Under the pieces are notes generated by a model, which had not been told where the DNA came from, did no database searches, and was given only the letters and a program-made list of their open reading frames with translations. A DNA stretch of 33,478 nt. Source: Nanobdellota archaeon (lineage in GTDB: Archaea > Nanobdellota > Nanobdellia > Woesearchaeales > GW2011-AR15). The stretch lies in assembly GCA_018815145.1 (NCBI GenBank), contig JAHIYL010000157.1:1-33478 (forward strand). Reading direction: 5' to 3'. Shown piece after piece: positions 8,486 through 18,008 of the stretch. Positions within the stretch are counted from its first letter, which is position 1, and the number at the start of each line of letters is the position of its first letter. A program made the position numbers and the translations under genes.

Positions 8486-8504
8486 GAAAAACGCAAAAGT
8501 TTAG
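8486..8504. repeat. IS terminal inverted repeat (promoter end)
   Basis: GAAAAACGCAAAAGTTTAG followed by the duplicated target ATTAG. Confidence 0.95.
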
Positions 8505-8549
8505 ATTAGGAAAGATTTAAATATTCTCATAAATGAAAGAAGAAGTATC

Positions 8550-9503
8550 ATGAAGACAATACTTGTGACCGGTGCCGCAGGCTTCATCGGAAGCAGCACC
8601 TGCGAAAAACTGATTAAAAAAAAATACATAGTGGTTGGTGTCGACAACCTGAATGACTACTACTCTCCGAAGGTCAAACTCAGAAATGTAAACGAGATCA
8701 AGAAGGATCCAAAATTCAGACTCTACCAGACTGACATAAGAGACTTTAATGGGATAGAAAAAATTTTTGCTCAAAACAAGATCGACAAGGTGATCCATCT
8801 TGCTGCAAGGGCAGGGGTGCGTCCCTCGCTCGAGCAGCCGCGCCTATATTTTGATGTCAATGTCAATGGGACACTGATTCTGCTTGAACTGGCAAAGGAA
8901 TTCAAGGTGAAAAATTTTGTGTTTGCATCTTCATCAAGTGTCTATGGAGAGAACAAAAAAGTGCCATTTTCTGAAGAGGATTTGACAGAAGATCAGATAA
9001 GTCCATACGCATCTTCAAAAAAATCAGGCGAACTCATATGCAGGACATACAGCCATCTCTTCAATATGAATGTTTCCTGCCTGCGTTTTTTTACTGTCTA
9101 TGGTCCAAGAGGACGACCTGATATGGCTCCCTTCATATTCACTGACCTAATATCAAAGGGAAGAACAATCGATATGTATGGTGACGGCACCTCAAAACGT
9201 GATTATACCTATATAGATGATATCACTGATGGTATCATAGGCGCTCTTGAAAAGGATTTCCGGTTTGAGATTTTCAACCTTGGTAATTCTGATCCTATAC
9301 CTTTAAAAAATTTCATTTCCATCATTGAAAAAAATCTGGGGAAAAAAGCAAAAATAAAAAAAAAACCTATGCAGCAGGGAGATGTTCTGATCACATACGC
9401 TGACATTGCAAAGGCTAAAAAGATGCTCGGATATAATCCAAAGACTGACATTGAGCAAGGTATGAAAAAATTCATCGAGTGGTACAAGAAAAATAATTCA
9501 TAG
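8550..9503 (+). CDS. NAD-dependent nucleotide-sugar epimerase (UDP-glucuronate 4-epimerase-like extended SDR)
   Basis: TGAAGFIG, HLAARAGVR.S, ASSSSVYG, YASSK, RFFTVYGPRGRPDMA. Confidence 0.92.
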   Translation: MKTILVTGAAGFIGSSTCEKLIKKKYIVVGVDNLNDYYSPKVKLRNVNEIKKDPKFRLYQTDIRDFNGIEKIFAQNKIDKVIHLAARAGVRPSLEQPRLYFDVNVNGTLILLELAKEFKVKNFVFASSSSVYGENKKVPFSEEDLTEDQISPYASSKKSGELICRTYSHLFNMNVSCLRFFTVYGPRGRPDMAPFIFTDLISKGRTIDMYGDGTSKRDYTYIDDITDGIIGALEKDFRFEIFNLGNSDPIPLKNFISIIEKNLGKKAKIKKKPMQQGDVLITYADIAKAKKMLGYNPKTDIEQGMKKFIEWYKKNNS

Positions 9504-9511
9504 AATTTTTC

Positions 9512-10081
9512 CTATAGGAGAGATCTCACAAAAGTTCCGAATATTGAAAATACAACAATATTGAAGCAGAAATTTGTGCCTGTATAGGCTATGTTCTCAG
9601 TTATTCCAAGATTCAATATTTTCATGGACATTCCAAATAGGATAATATTATTCATTATTGTTATTATTATTCCCAGAGTGAAAGTATTTGCATATGGAAA
9701 AAATGATGCGGCAACTGCAGCTAAACAATATGTAAAGATCATCAGGAAATGATCTGCTAGCATGCCTCCTGAATAAAATGATGCTATAAGTTTTGTGGAT
9801 ACTGCTACAAAAAGTCCCCACTTCAGCCCAAAAGCCTGCGTTATGACAATTGTAGAAAATGTCGAGAGCTCTAGATCAGTCGGCATGCCTCTTTTGAACT
9901 GAAAGTCAACAAGCTTGGCATTGAAGACAATCGCCAAAGCGACAAATATCAGAATCTTTGGATTGATATAAAACGACGCGATGAACAAGATGACAAGACC
10001 CATTATGACCTTTTTCAAAATATCAATGGAAAAGAAACTTTTTCCCCGTGCTTTTTTTTTGGTGCTTAATCTTTTTTTCAT
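9512..10081 (-). CDS. Polytopic membrane protein (loosely ECF S-component-like)
   Basis: About six hydrophobic segments in 189 aa, with a FGLKWG helix break; the family call is tentative. Confidence 0.7.
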   Translation of the reverse strand: MKKRLSTKKKARGKSFFSIDILKKVIMGLVILFIASFYINPKILIFVALAIVFNAKLVDFQFKRGMPTDLELSTFSTIVITQAFGLKWGLFVAVSTKLIASFYSGGMLADHFLMIFTYCLAAVAASFFPYANTFTLGIIITIMNNIILFGMSMKILNLGITENIAYTGTNFCFNIVVFSIFGTFVRSLL

Positions 10082-10167
10082 CAAACCAAGATTATATTTT
10101 TCTTTTATATAAATATTTGTCTTGAAATCAGTTAAAAATATATATTTTGATCATCTCTTCATTATCC

Positions 10168-11676
10168 ATGAAAAAATTGCATCCCATGTTTTGGGTAACG
10201 ATCATATTCCTTATATCTGTATCAATCAGATTAATCCTGACAATGCAGAGCAATTATTTCAGCGATGATTCTTCCTATTTCACATTGAGACAAGTCGAGC
10301 ACATAAGCAATACAGGACGACCTCTCATAGATGATGAACTCTCTTACAGCGGAAGAAGGTTCATCTTCCTGCCATTCTACCATTACATCCTGGCATTCTT
10401 TTCGATTTTCCTTCCTTCGTGGCTTGTGGGAAAAATTATATCTAATATTCTGGCAGCATCGATAATTTTTTCTGTATATCTCATCTCCTATCAGGTCACA
10501 AAGAGTCGGAAAGCATCGCTTTTTGCGGCAGTGATTTCAGCCTTTACTCCAATATATCTGTCAAATACAATCAACAGCCTCAATGTAAATTCACTCGCAT
10601 TACCAACCACTTTCTTCTTCCTGTATCATTATCTCATGCTGACCAAAAAAACCAATTCAATCAATTTCATCCTTGCGTTTCTTTTTGTACTTATATTCAG
10701 CACTTCTCTTTCCTCTTTTCTGATAGTCGGATTGATACTTTATTCACTGTTGTGCTATGCAGAAAAAATCAAGATAGATAAAAAAGAGACAGAACTGATT
10801 TTATTTTCAGTATTCTTTTTTCTATGGACAAATTTTATCATATATAAGAATGCATTCCAATCTCAGGGAATCAGTATCATATGGCAGAACATTCCTCAAT
10901 TCCTATTTGAAAAATATTTTGTTCATATCTCTCTTTTTGAAGCAATATTGGGCATAGGCCTTGTCCCTCTTGTTCTTGGAACATGGACAATATTCAATTA
11001 TCTGTTTAAAAAAAAGAGCCAATCAACATACCTTTTGATATCATTATGCATCTCGGGATTCATCCTTTCCTGGTTCAGGCTGATAAATTTCACTGATGCC
11101 TTAATGTATCTCTCAATCCTACTGGCATTACTCTCTTCAATTATAATCAGAGACAGCCTTCTTCTGATTCGGAAAACCAAATTTGCAAAGCAGGAAAAAC
11201 TCTTCCTGATCATGCTGTTTTTTCTCATCCTTCTGACAGGCATTATCCCTTCAATCCAATTTTCATATGACACGATAAAAGATTCACCAACTGAAACAGA
11301 CGTTAATGCTTTCACCTGGCTGAAGAACAACACTAAAGAAGATTCAATAATTTTGGCAACTATTGAAGAAGGGCATTATATATCGTATTTTGGAGACAGA
11401 AAGAATGTGCTTGATTCAAATTTTCTTTTGATCTCAAACATAGACTTAAGGATAAATGACACTGAAGAGATCTATACTACCCCCTATAAAATCAATGCAC
11501 TTACATTGCTTGAAAAATATGACGTAGATTACATCATTTTTAGTCAGCATGCAGAAAAAGAATACAATATTACCGGTATTTCATACGCCATGGATGATTG
11601 TTTCAGCAAAGTGTATAGCAAAACTCTGGATATTTTCAAAGTCAAATGCTCCCTGGAAAAAAATGAAAGAAAATGA
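10168..11676 (+). CDS. GT-C fold (AglB/STT3/PMT-like) membrane glycosyltransferase-like protein 1
   Basis: TM1 followed by an acidic loop FSDDSSYFTLRQVEHI, ~11 TM segments, C-terminal soluble domain AFTWLKNNTKEDSIILA...G...LLEKYDVDYI. ATG at 10168 with TATA upstream. Confidence 0.72.
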   Translation: MKKLHPMFWVTIIFLISVSIRLILTMQSNYFSDDSSYFTLRQVEHISNTGRPLIDDELSYSGRRFIFLPFYHYILAFFSIFLPSWLVGKIISNILAASIIFSVYLISYQVTKSRKASLFAAVISAFTPIYLSNTINSLNVNSLALPTTFFFLYHYLMLTKKTNSINFILAFLFVLIFSTSLSSFLIVGLILYSLLCYAEKIKIDKKETELILFSVFFFLWTNFIIYKNAFQSQGISIIWQNIPQFLFEKYFVHISLFEAILGIGLVPLVLGTWTIFNYLFKKKSQSTYLLISLCISGFILSWFRLINFTDALMYLSILLALLSSIIIRDSLLLIRKTKFAKQEKLFLIMLFFLILLTGIIPSIQFSYDTIKDSPTETDVNAFTWLKNNTKEDSIILATIEEGHYISYFGDRKNVLDSNFLLISNIDLRINDTEEIYTTPYKINALTLLEKYDVDYIIFSQHAEKEYNITGISYAMDDCFSKVYSKTLDIFKVKCSLEKNERK

Positions 11677-13054
11677 ACTGAAACTCCTGACATTGCTGAT
11701 AATAGTAAATGTCCTGCTCTTAATAAGTCCACACATACTCAGGTATAAAGAAAACCCGTATCTTATGGGGTCATCATCTTATTTTCACATATGGGTATCC
11801 AAAAATATTGAGGGAAATGTTTTTTCTCCAATAGAAGACACTCTTTTTTTTGGAGGAAGAGAAATTGAAGTTTCCATATCAGAAATCATCCTTTCATTTT
11901 TCACTAATAAGGAGATGGTCATGAAGATTCTTCCTTTTGTTTTAGGCATCCTTTCCACACTGATTTTTTACCTGATATTAAGAAGGCTGAAGGTTCCAAA
12001 AATAAAAAGCTTCTTTACATGCCTGATACTGATCCTATCTCCAATTTACATCAATACCTTTTCAATTTACAACAATTTTTTCATTGCTGTATTTTTAGTC
12101 CTCTTATCAAGCTTTTTTCTTTTGAAAGAAAATTATTTTTTTGCCTTTTTGATGTTCATTCTGATCGTATTTATCCATCTCAACAGCATTTTTATTATCC
12201 TTATAATGCTATTGATTTTCTATTATAAAACAAAAGAAAAAAATTCAATGCTGTATTTTATTTTGGCTGCCCTTTTTTTTGCTTTTGCAGTCATTGTTGG
12301 CACTCTTACAAAAGAGGTTGGTTTTTCACCTTTACTGCAGAATATCATATCTGATTTTGGTGCAGATATTGGTTTTGGTATATTTTCATTATTACTATCT
12401 TCAATTGGAATTCTATTGTCATGGAAAAGAAAAAAGGAAAATTTGCTGTTGTATCTGATGCTATTGACATTTGCAATATTGACCATATATTCTATAGAAT
12501 TCATTATTTATCTGGAATATTTCATGGTATATTTTGCGGGAATTGCATTTGTGAAATTGCTGGATTATAAATGGCAGCTTGTTGCAATAAAGCAATATGC
12601 CATCCTTCTGATATTATGCGGATTGTTCTTTTCCAGTGGATCCTATATTAACCGATTGGTTCATCTTCAACCTACTCCGGAGGAAGTCCTGAGCCTGGAA
12701 TGGCTCAGCAAAAATTCAGCTGAATATGAGGTTGTACTGACACAATACAAAAATGGAAATCTGATAGTATCATTGGCCGGCCGGCCTGTGATAAGTGATG
12801 AATATTATTTTATATCATCAAAAGAAAAGATCCGGATTGAGGACTCTAATAGAATTTTTTACTCAAGAATACTTAAGGATACAAAAGAACTTTTGGACAA
12901 ATACAGCATAAGATACATCTGGATTAATCCACAAATGAAAAAAGAGATATGGAAAAAAGATGAAGAAGGTCTTCTTTTTCTCTTAGACAACAGCAATTCA
13001 TTCAAGAAGATTTATGATTTCAAAGGAATTGAAATCTGGAAATACACTGAATAA
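11663..13054 (+). CDS. GT-C fold (AglB/STT3-like) membrane protein 2, paralogue of the upstream gene
   Basis: SSYFHI loop, many TM segments, SLEWLSKNS...VVL...G...LLDKYSIRYI; ATG 11663 overlaps the upstream gene by 14 nt. Confidence 0.72.
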   Translation: MKENELKLLTLLIIVNVLLLISPHILRYKENPYLMGSSSYFHIWVSKNIEGNVFSPIEDTLFFGGREIEVSISEIILSFFTNKEMVMKILPFVLGILSTLIFYLILRRLKVPKIKSFFTCLILILSPIYINTFSIYNNFFIAVFLVLLSSFFLLKENYFFAFLMFILIVFIHLNSIFIILIMLLIFYYKTKEKNSMLYFILAALFFAFAVIVGTLTKEVGFSPLLQNIISDFGADIGFGIFSLLLSSIGILLSWKRKKENLLLYLMLLTFAILTIYSIEFIIYLEYFMVYFAGIAFVKLLDYKWQLVAIKQYAILLILCGLFFSSGSYINRLVHLQPTPEEVLSLEWLSKNSAEYEVVLTQYKNGNLIVSLAGRPVISDEYYFISSKEKIRIEDSNRIFYSRILKDTKELLDKYSIRYIWINPQMKKEIWKKDEEGLLFLLDNSNSFKKIYDFKGIEIWKYTE

Positions 13055-13059
13055 TATCT

Positions 13060-14187
13060 TTATTTCCCAATTTTCTTATTAAACTCATGAATGATATCCT
13101 CAACAATCCTGGAAGTAGAATCATGTTTTGAAAATAAACTCATGTTTGCTCTAAAGAAGTATCTTAATTTTTTTTCATTGATAAGATTTGATATTCTTTT
13201 CAGTATCTTACTGTGTGAATTCTCATAGTATCCCAACTTATGCTTAAGTATGAAGTTTACATTCGCATCCTCTTGCCCGCCAAGTGATTTAAATGCAAAG
13301 ATAGGAAGTCTTTTGGAAAAACATTCTGAAACTGCTACACCTCCTGGTTTTCCCAAAAATATATCTGATGCATCCATAAGCTGCGCGACCTCTTCAGTAT
13401 AATCCAATATATGCACAGGGTTTCTTGATTTTTTGATCTTTTTCCTTAAATAATTACCAAGCTTCCTGTTTGTACCGCAGAGGACAATCAATTGTATAGG
13501 AAGATCTGCATCTGATAATTTTATCACCAGTTTTTCAGTGAATTTTTGTGCAAAACCCAGTCCTCCTCTCATCATAATGATATTGAATTTTGAAGGATGC
13601 ATACAAAACCTTTCTAAAGTTTTATCTCTGTCGAAATGGGTATTGAATTCTTTTCTCAAAGGAAGACCATAGCTTTTTGCTGTTGCTCTTTTGAGGGTTT
13701 TTTTTATTTCATTATTAAAGGATTCATGCGGAGTATAGAATATATCTGTTCCTGCAATCAGGTCAAATGGTCTGTTTATGTAGTCTGTCAATATCTGTAC
13801 ATTCAACAAAAAAGGATTTTTTTTTCTGAGTGCATTTCCAACTATGGCTCCGGCGGGAAAGGTAGAGACGACAACATCTACTTTTTGATTTCCAAGCGGG
13901 CCTATGATTTTTTTCTGGTACTTTTTGGAATTTTTTATTACATATCTATTGAAGGATTCTGAAAATAAAAGATGTTTGCTGATGGGGTCATAGATCAATT
14001 TAAAATAATGAGCCATAAAAACCCACCACCTTGTCAGGAGCCACCTATGGAATGGATGAAGATAATCATTGATATCAATGCTGTGAATCTCAATAGCTGA
14101 ATCTTTTTTCAGGAATCCTTTTCTGAGAGAGTCAGCAACCTGGGTATGGCCTGAGCCTGAAGAACATGATATTATTGCAACTCTCAT
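13060..14187 (-). CDS. UgtP/MGDG-synthase-like glycosyltransferase (GT28 family)
   Basis: SSGSGHTQVA, VVSTFP, LTDY, GGLG, LCGTN, LMDASDIFLGKPGG, GQEDAN. Confidence 0.88.
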   Translation of the reverse strand: MRVAIISCSSGSGHTQVADSLRKGFLKKDSAIEIHSIDINDYLHPFHRWLLTRWWVFMAHYFKLIYDPISKHLLFSESFNRYVIKNSKKYQKKIIGPLGNQKVDVVVSTFPAGAIVGNALRKKNPFLLNVQILTDYINRPFDLIAGTDIFYTPHESFNNEIKKTLKRATAKSYGLPLRKEFNTHFDRDKTLERFCMHPSKFNIIMMRGGLGFAQKFTEKLVIKLSDADLPIQLIVLCGTNRKLGNYLRKKIKKSRNPVHILDYTEEVAQLMDASDIFLGKPGGVAVSECFSKRLPIFAFKSLGGQEDANVNFILKHKLGYYENSHSKILKRISNLINEKKLRYFFRANMSLFSKHDSTSRIVEDIIHEFNKKIGK

Positions 14188-14202
14188 TTGATTTGTAATG
14201 GC

Positions 14203-14679
14203 TCAATTGGACCTGTAGGAACTGACTCCTTCTAAAAATAAAAATATTGACCAGATTATAAGAGATGGCACAAACACCGGGAACCATGAAAAAAGAATCA
14301 GTGGTGTCAAAGCATAAAAGAGTATCTTCAACAAATCATAATATTTAATTTTTCTGAACATTGGGTTCAGGATAATACTCAAAAAGAAAACAATGAATGT
14401 GCCTGCGAACAGATAAAAAAAGAACATTGCAAAACCTATTCCAAAACCATAATTAAGTACATTCAGATAATTAATCTCAACATTACTGAAGATGTCAAAG
14501 TATATTGATTTAATGAATCCAAATACAACATTCACTCCAAAAGCCAGACCAGCACAAATCAGGAGAAGTATCATATAGTCTCCTAAAATATCCTCAAAAC
14601 TTTTGCTTTTCATATCTTTGAATGAGCTTTTTGGATCTGACAATACCATGATTGCTCTTTTTATCCTTTTTTTTATCAT
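14203..14679 (-). CDS. Yip1-domain-like membrane protein
   Basis: VLSDPKSSF start, 4-5 TM segments, Y.D.LKILFYALTP motif; own TATA-like element at ~14709-14716. Confidence 0.7.
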   Translation of the reverse strand: MIKKRIKRAIMVLSDPKSSFKDMKSKSFEDILGDYMILLLICAGLAFGVNVVFGFIKSIYFDIFSNVEINYLNVLNYGFGIGFAMFFFYLFAGTFIVFFLSIILNPMFRKIKYYDLLKILFYALTPLILFSWFPVFVPSLIIWSIFLFLEGVSSYRSN

Positions 14680-14756
14680 CTTATAATCCTTCCCTAATTT
14701 TTAATGCAATATAAATTTTTTCATTAAAAAAACCTACTCAAACAACCACAATTGGT

Positions 14757-16007
14757 CTAAATCTGCTTTTCCCATTTATTTTCCTTATGCGGAACAAGAA
14801 ATTCAAATAGGCTGACTATATATATGATCATTACAAAAAACCAGAACGGAAACATGAAAAATAAGGCGATTGCATGATAAAAATCAAATTTTTTATCAAA
14901 TTTAAATATTGAATAAAAATACAATGGATATGACAAAAGTGTTGAAATAAGTCCTATCATTGTCAAAAGATCCAGCGGTGTCGTACCAATAACTATTGTG
15001 TATATCCACCTTACTACACCCATGATCGAGAACCAGTTGAAAAAGAACTTGACTACTTCAAAACTAAAAATTACACCATTGTTTACAAAGTAAGTGAAAT
15101 ACCCGCCAAATATCTGTATTGAAATAAATGCACCCAGGATTATTGCCTGCAGATAAGAAAAAACAGCCAGTGGAAGAGAGTAAAGCTCAAGTATGGACAT
15201 CCTGACTCTAAGATGACGCTTAAGAATATTTATCCATCCCCTGGCAAACCTTATCCTCTGAAATATAACTCCTTTAAGTGTCTGGGGCATGTTTGTAAGT
15301 GACACACTGTTTTCCGAGTATTCTATCCTCTGTCCATTCCTGATTATTCTGACCGCAATATCAACATCTTCAGAAAATCCCTTAGATTCAAATCCACCTA
15401 TGTCCTCAAGAGTCTTTTTTCTGTAGAACGAAAGCGGTCCTGGTGTGACAATATTTGCATTAATCCTGCATAAAAGAGATCTAAGGAGTGAATTATATAG
15501 CTGTTCAATATGAAGCCATATCCCAAAAAAAGTCTTTCTGTTGTTGAGCTTGATTGTTGTGGTGACGGCACCGACATCAGGATAATTGAAATATCTAAGT
15601 GCATTGATAAGAGAATTCTTTTCAATCACACTGTCTGCATCAACCACTGCTATTATGTCTCCTTTTGCTTTTTTCAGGGCAAAGTTCAGTGCCCTAGCCT
15701 TACCAAAATGCTGAGTCTTGAATAATCTTACTGGAAACCCCTCTGCTATCCTATTTGTTGAGTCGCTGCTCCCATCATCTATGACAATTATTTCCTTTTT
15801 TCCTGGAAAATTTGACCTTATGATTGATCTGAGAGTCTCTGCCAGATACTTTTCTTCATTATGAGCCGGCACAAGGATTGAGATTAATGACGGCAATTTT
15901 CCTTTTTTTGGCACTCTTTTCCTGATGAAAAAAAGTACATAATATGAAAGGATTATCAATAGAAACAATACTTTGACTATGTTTGCCAGCTCTTCCAAAA
16001 GAACCAT
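14757..16007 (-). CDS. Processive membrane GT2 glycosyltransferase (cellulose synthase/PgaC-like) B
   Basis: VPAHNEE, DDGSSD, GKARALN, DAD, SED, QRIRF (variant of QxxRW), C-terminal TM segments. Confidence 0.9.
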   Translation of the reverse strand: MVLLEELANIVKVLFLLIILSYYVLFFIRKRVPKKGKLPSLISILVPAHNEEKYLAETLRSIIRSNFPGKKEIIVIDDGSSDSTNRIAEGFPVRLFKTQHFGKARALNFALKKAKGDIIAVVDADSVIEKNSLINALRYFNYPDVGAVTTTIKLNNRKTFFGIWLHIEQLYNSLLRSLLCRINANIVTPGPLSFYRKKTLEDIGGFESKGFSEDVDIAVRIIRNGQRIEYSENSVSLTNMPQTLKGVIFQRIRFARGWINILKRHLRVRMSILELYSLPLAVFSYLQAIILGAFISIQIFGGYFTYFVNNGVIFSFEVVKFFFNWFSIMGVVRWIYTIVIGTTPLDLLTMIGLISTLLSYPLYFYSIFKFDKKFDFYHAIALFFMFPFWFFVMIIYIVSLFEFLVPHKENKWEKQI

Positions 16008-16017
16008 TTTTCAAATT

Positions 16018-17253
16018 TTACTTTGCTCTCTCAGTCTTTGGTGTGCAGTACCAATAAGAATTGAAGTTCAATGCTGCCTTTGTTACTGCAACAGTATTTG
16101 CAATAGCTAGGACTATTGATAAAGTAAATCCTGTAAGCAGAAGATATGGGAATTCTTTAAGGATCTTCAGCCTATAGAAAGTTATCAACCCCATTATTGA
16201 GAAGCCTGCCGTGAACAGGAACTTAGTGAAAAATCCTGCAAAGTCGCTTATTTTCATCAATTGCGGATCACCAAGGAACCATCCTGCAAAACCAAACAAT
16301 GTCATTATTATCACAATAGGAGCAGTGAGATTTCCAAGGGTTATGAAACTTATCATTATTCTCTGTTTAAATGATAAGGCCCTGCTGAACAATATATTCT
16401 TTGCATTATCAAAGAACACCCTTGTGTTGCCATAGCTCCATCTCATCTGCTGTTTTATGAAGGCTTCCATTGTCCATGGAACTTCACTGGGAGTGTCCAT
16501 TGGAAGGTATTTTGTCTTATAACCTTTCAGAAGCAGCCTTACTGATAGATCAGAATCTTCTGTGATACTGTTCGTGTTCCAGCCTCCTACATCAAGCATG
16601 GCACTCTTCCTGATCGCTCCTGCTGTGCCGCAGAAAAAGACACTGTTTATCTTATTATTGATCGGCATGAATATTGAATGATATATCATTAAAAGATAGG
16701 AAGCAAATCTTGTAATAAGATTAGTGTCTTTATTTATGAATCCCTGCCTTGTCTGTACAATGGCAATTTTCGGATCAGCAAATGGTCTGACTACCTTTTT
16801 CAGGAAATTCTTCCTTGGTACCCAGTCAGAATCAAAAATGACAATTATTTCACCCCTGACTTTATGCATAACTTCCTTGAGTGCACCGGGTTTGAATCCC
16901 TTTCTGTTTGTCCTGTGAAAATATCTAATCAATCCATTGCTTTTTTGTGCAAATTCGTTTAGGTTTGATGCAATTAAAGGATCTGTTGAATCATCCACGA
17001 TCATTATCTCATATCTGTCTTTTGGGTAATCAAACTCCATACAGGCTTTTACACATCTTTCTGCAATAGAATCATTGAAGACCGGAATCTGCACACTTAC
17101 ATAAGGCAAAACCTTAAGTTTCGCATGGCTCTCTTCTTCTTCACCAATAAATATGTTCACTATTGATACCAATAAAAAAAATACTGAAGCAAAAATTATT
17201 GGAATGAGCGTCAGATTATATACAAATATCGTGATTTCCTGTGCTGTCATCAT
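16018..17253 (-). CDS. Processive membrane GT2 glycosyltransferase (cellulose synthase-like) A
   Basis: QIPVFND, DDSTD, GFKPGAL, DSD, VQTRQ, FFCGT, TED, QQMRW, C-terminal TM segments. Confidence 0.92.
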   Translation of the reverse strand: MMTAQEITIFVYNLTLIPIIFASVFFLLVSIVNIFIGEEEESHAKLKVLPYVSVQIPVFNDSIAERCVKACMEFDYPKDRYEIMIVDDSTDPLIASNLNEFAQKSNGLIRYFHRTNRKGFKPGALKEVMHKVRGEIIVIFDSDWVPRKNFLKKVVRPFADPKIAIVQTRQGFINKDTNLITRFASYLLMIYHSIFMPINNKINSVFFCGTAGAIRKSAMLDVGGWNTNSITEDSDLSVRLLLKGYKTKYLPMDTPSEVPWTMEAFIKQQMRWSYGNTRVFFDNAKNILFSRALSFKQRIMISFITLGNLTAPIVIIMTLFGFAGWFLGDPQLMKISDFAGFFTKFLFTAGFSIMGLITFYRLKILKEFPYLLLTGFTLSIVLAIANTVAVTKAALNFNSYWYCTPKTERAK

Positions 17254-17270
17254 TTTATTTCAAAATTTTC

Positions 17271-18008
17271 CTATATACCTAAGATCACTTCTTTATTTCT
17301 TATTGCCCTTCTCAGACGAGCATAACTTGGAACACCAACAATCTTTGTATTGTCCTTCCCGTCAATGCCAATATATATTGCCGGAAGACTTGTGCCGACA
17401 GCAAGTTTTTCTGAGTCTATCATATCTTTTTGGACAATAATATAGTCTGAAGAATCCATGCATTTATTAAATTTGCTTTTTGCAATGCCAAATCTTTCCG
17501 CAACATTATCTATCTTGTCTGTTTCCAATCCCACTATTGCGTCAATGATGTCAGAGAGGTTTCCTTTGCCGATGCTTTCTTCAATGCACAAGATTGCTGT
17601 CGCATAGACATAGCCATTTTCTTTGCTGTTGTAATCATCATCAGATATGTATGTCTTGTAATAGAGCCTGACTCTTCCTGAATCAATGAATTCATCTCTT
17701 AGCTGCGGAACAATATCTTTTTCAAAATCTTTGCCTGCATCTGAGATAAAATCAGTGAAAATAATGACTGTCACTCTTGCGTCCGGACTGCCAATAAAAT
17801 CTCTTCCCATTATATCAGGATTGGTGGTAAAATAATACTCAAAGAGATAGGATTCATTCTTCTGGTCAACATTTTTTTTTATATATGGCTTTTTTGTAAG
17901 CTCATACATCAATGCGCTGACACAAATAAATAGCACAAACAAAACAAATAAAGTAAAAACAATGATTGTCTTTAGACCTCTATTCTGTATCTTGGCCTTT
18001 TTTTTCAT
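17271..18008 (-). CDS. Membrane-anchored DsbA/thioredoxin-fold protein lacking CxxC
   Basis: N-terminal TM, GSPDARVTVIIFTDF followed by ISDAG where CxxC is expected; FNKCM, GTSLPAIYI, IVGVPSY. Confidence 0.78.
   Translation of the reverse strand: MKKKAKIQNRGLKTIIVFTLFVLFVLFICVSALMYELTKKPYIKKNVDQKNESYLFEYYFTTNPDIMGRDFIGSPDARVTVIIFTDFISDAGKDFEKDIVPQLRDEFIDSGRVRLYYKTYISDDDYNSKENGYVYATAILCIEESIGKGNLSDIIDAIVGLETDKIDNVAERFGIAKSKFNKCMDSSDYIIVQKDMIDSEKLAVGTSLPAIYIGIDGKDNTKIVGVPSYARLRRAIRNKEVILGI

Larger units (their letters stand above)
7009..8504 (-). mobile_element. Complete IS701-like insertion sequence, 1496 bp
   Basis: Perfect 19-bp terminal inverted repeats (7009-7027, 8486-8504), direct repeat ATTAG at 7004-7008 and 8505-8509, DDE transposase whose stop codon lies in the terminal repeat. 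Confidence 0.93.

Noticed and set aside
9351..9365. Poly-A/T tracts of 9-10 nt (here, ~968-976 and ~13817-13826) as phase-variation sites
   Set aside because: All genes stay in frame, and such Lys-codon runs are common throughout this AT-rich sequence; read-level length variation would be needed.
11549..11662. 38-aa N-terminal extension of the second GT-C-like gene
   Set aside because: It would overlap the upstream gene by 128 nt; ATG 11663 directly precedes the first TM helix.
16885..16900. GGGTTTGAATCCC resembling a tRNA T-arm
   Set aside because: Lies inside the GT2 coding motif GFKPG with no acceptor, D or anticodon stems around it.
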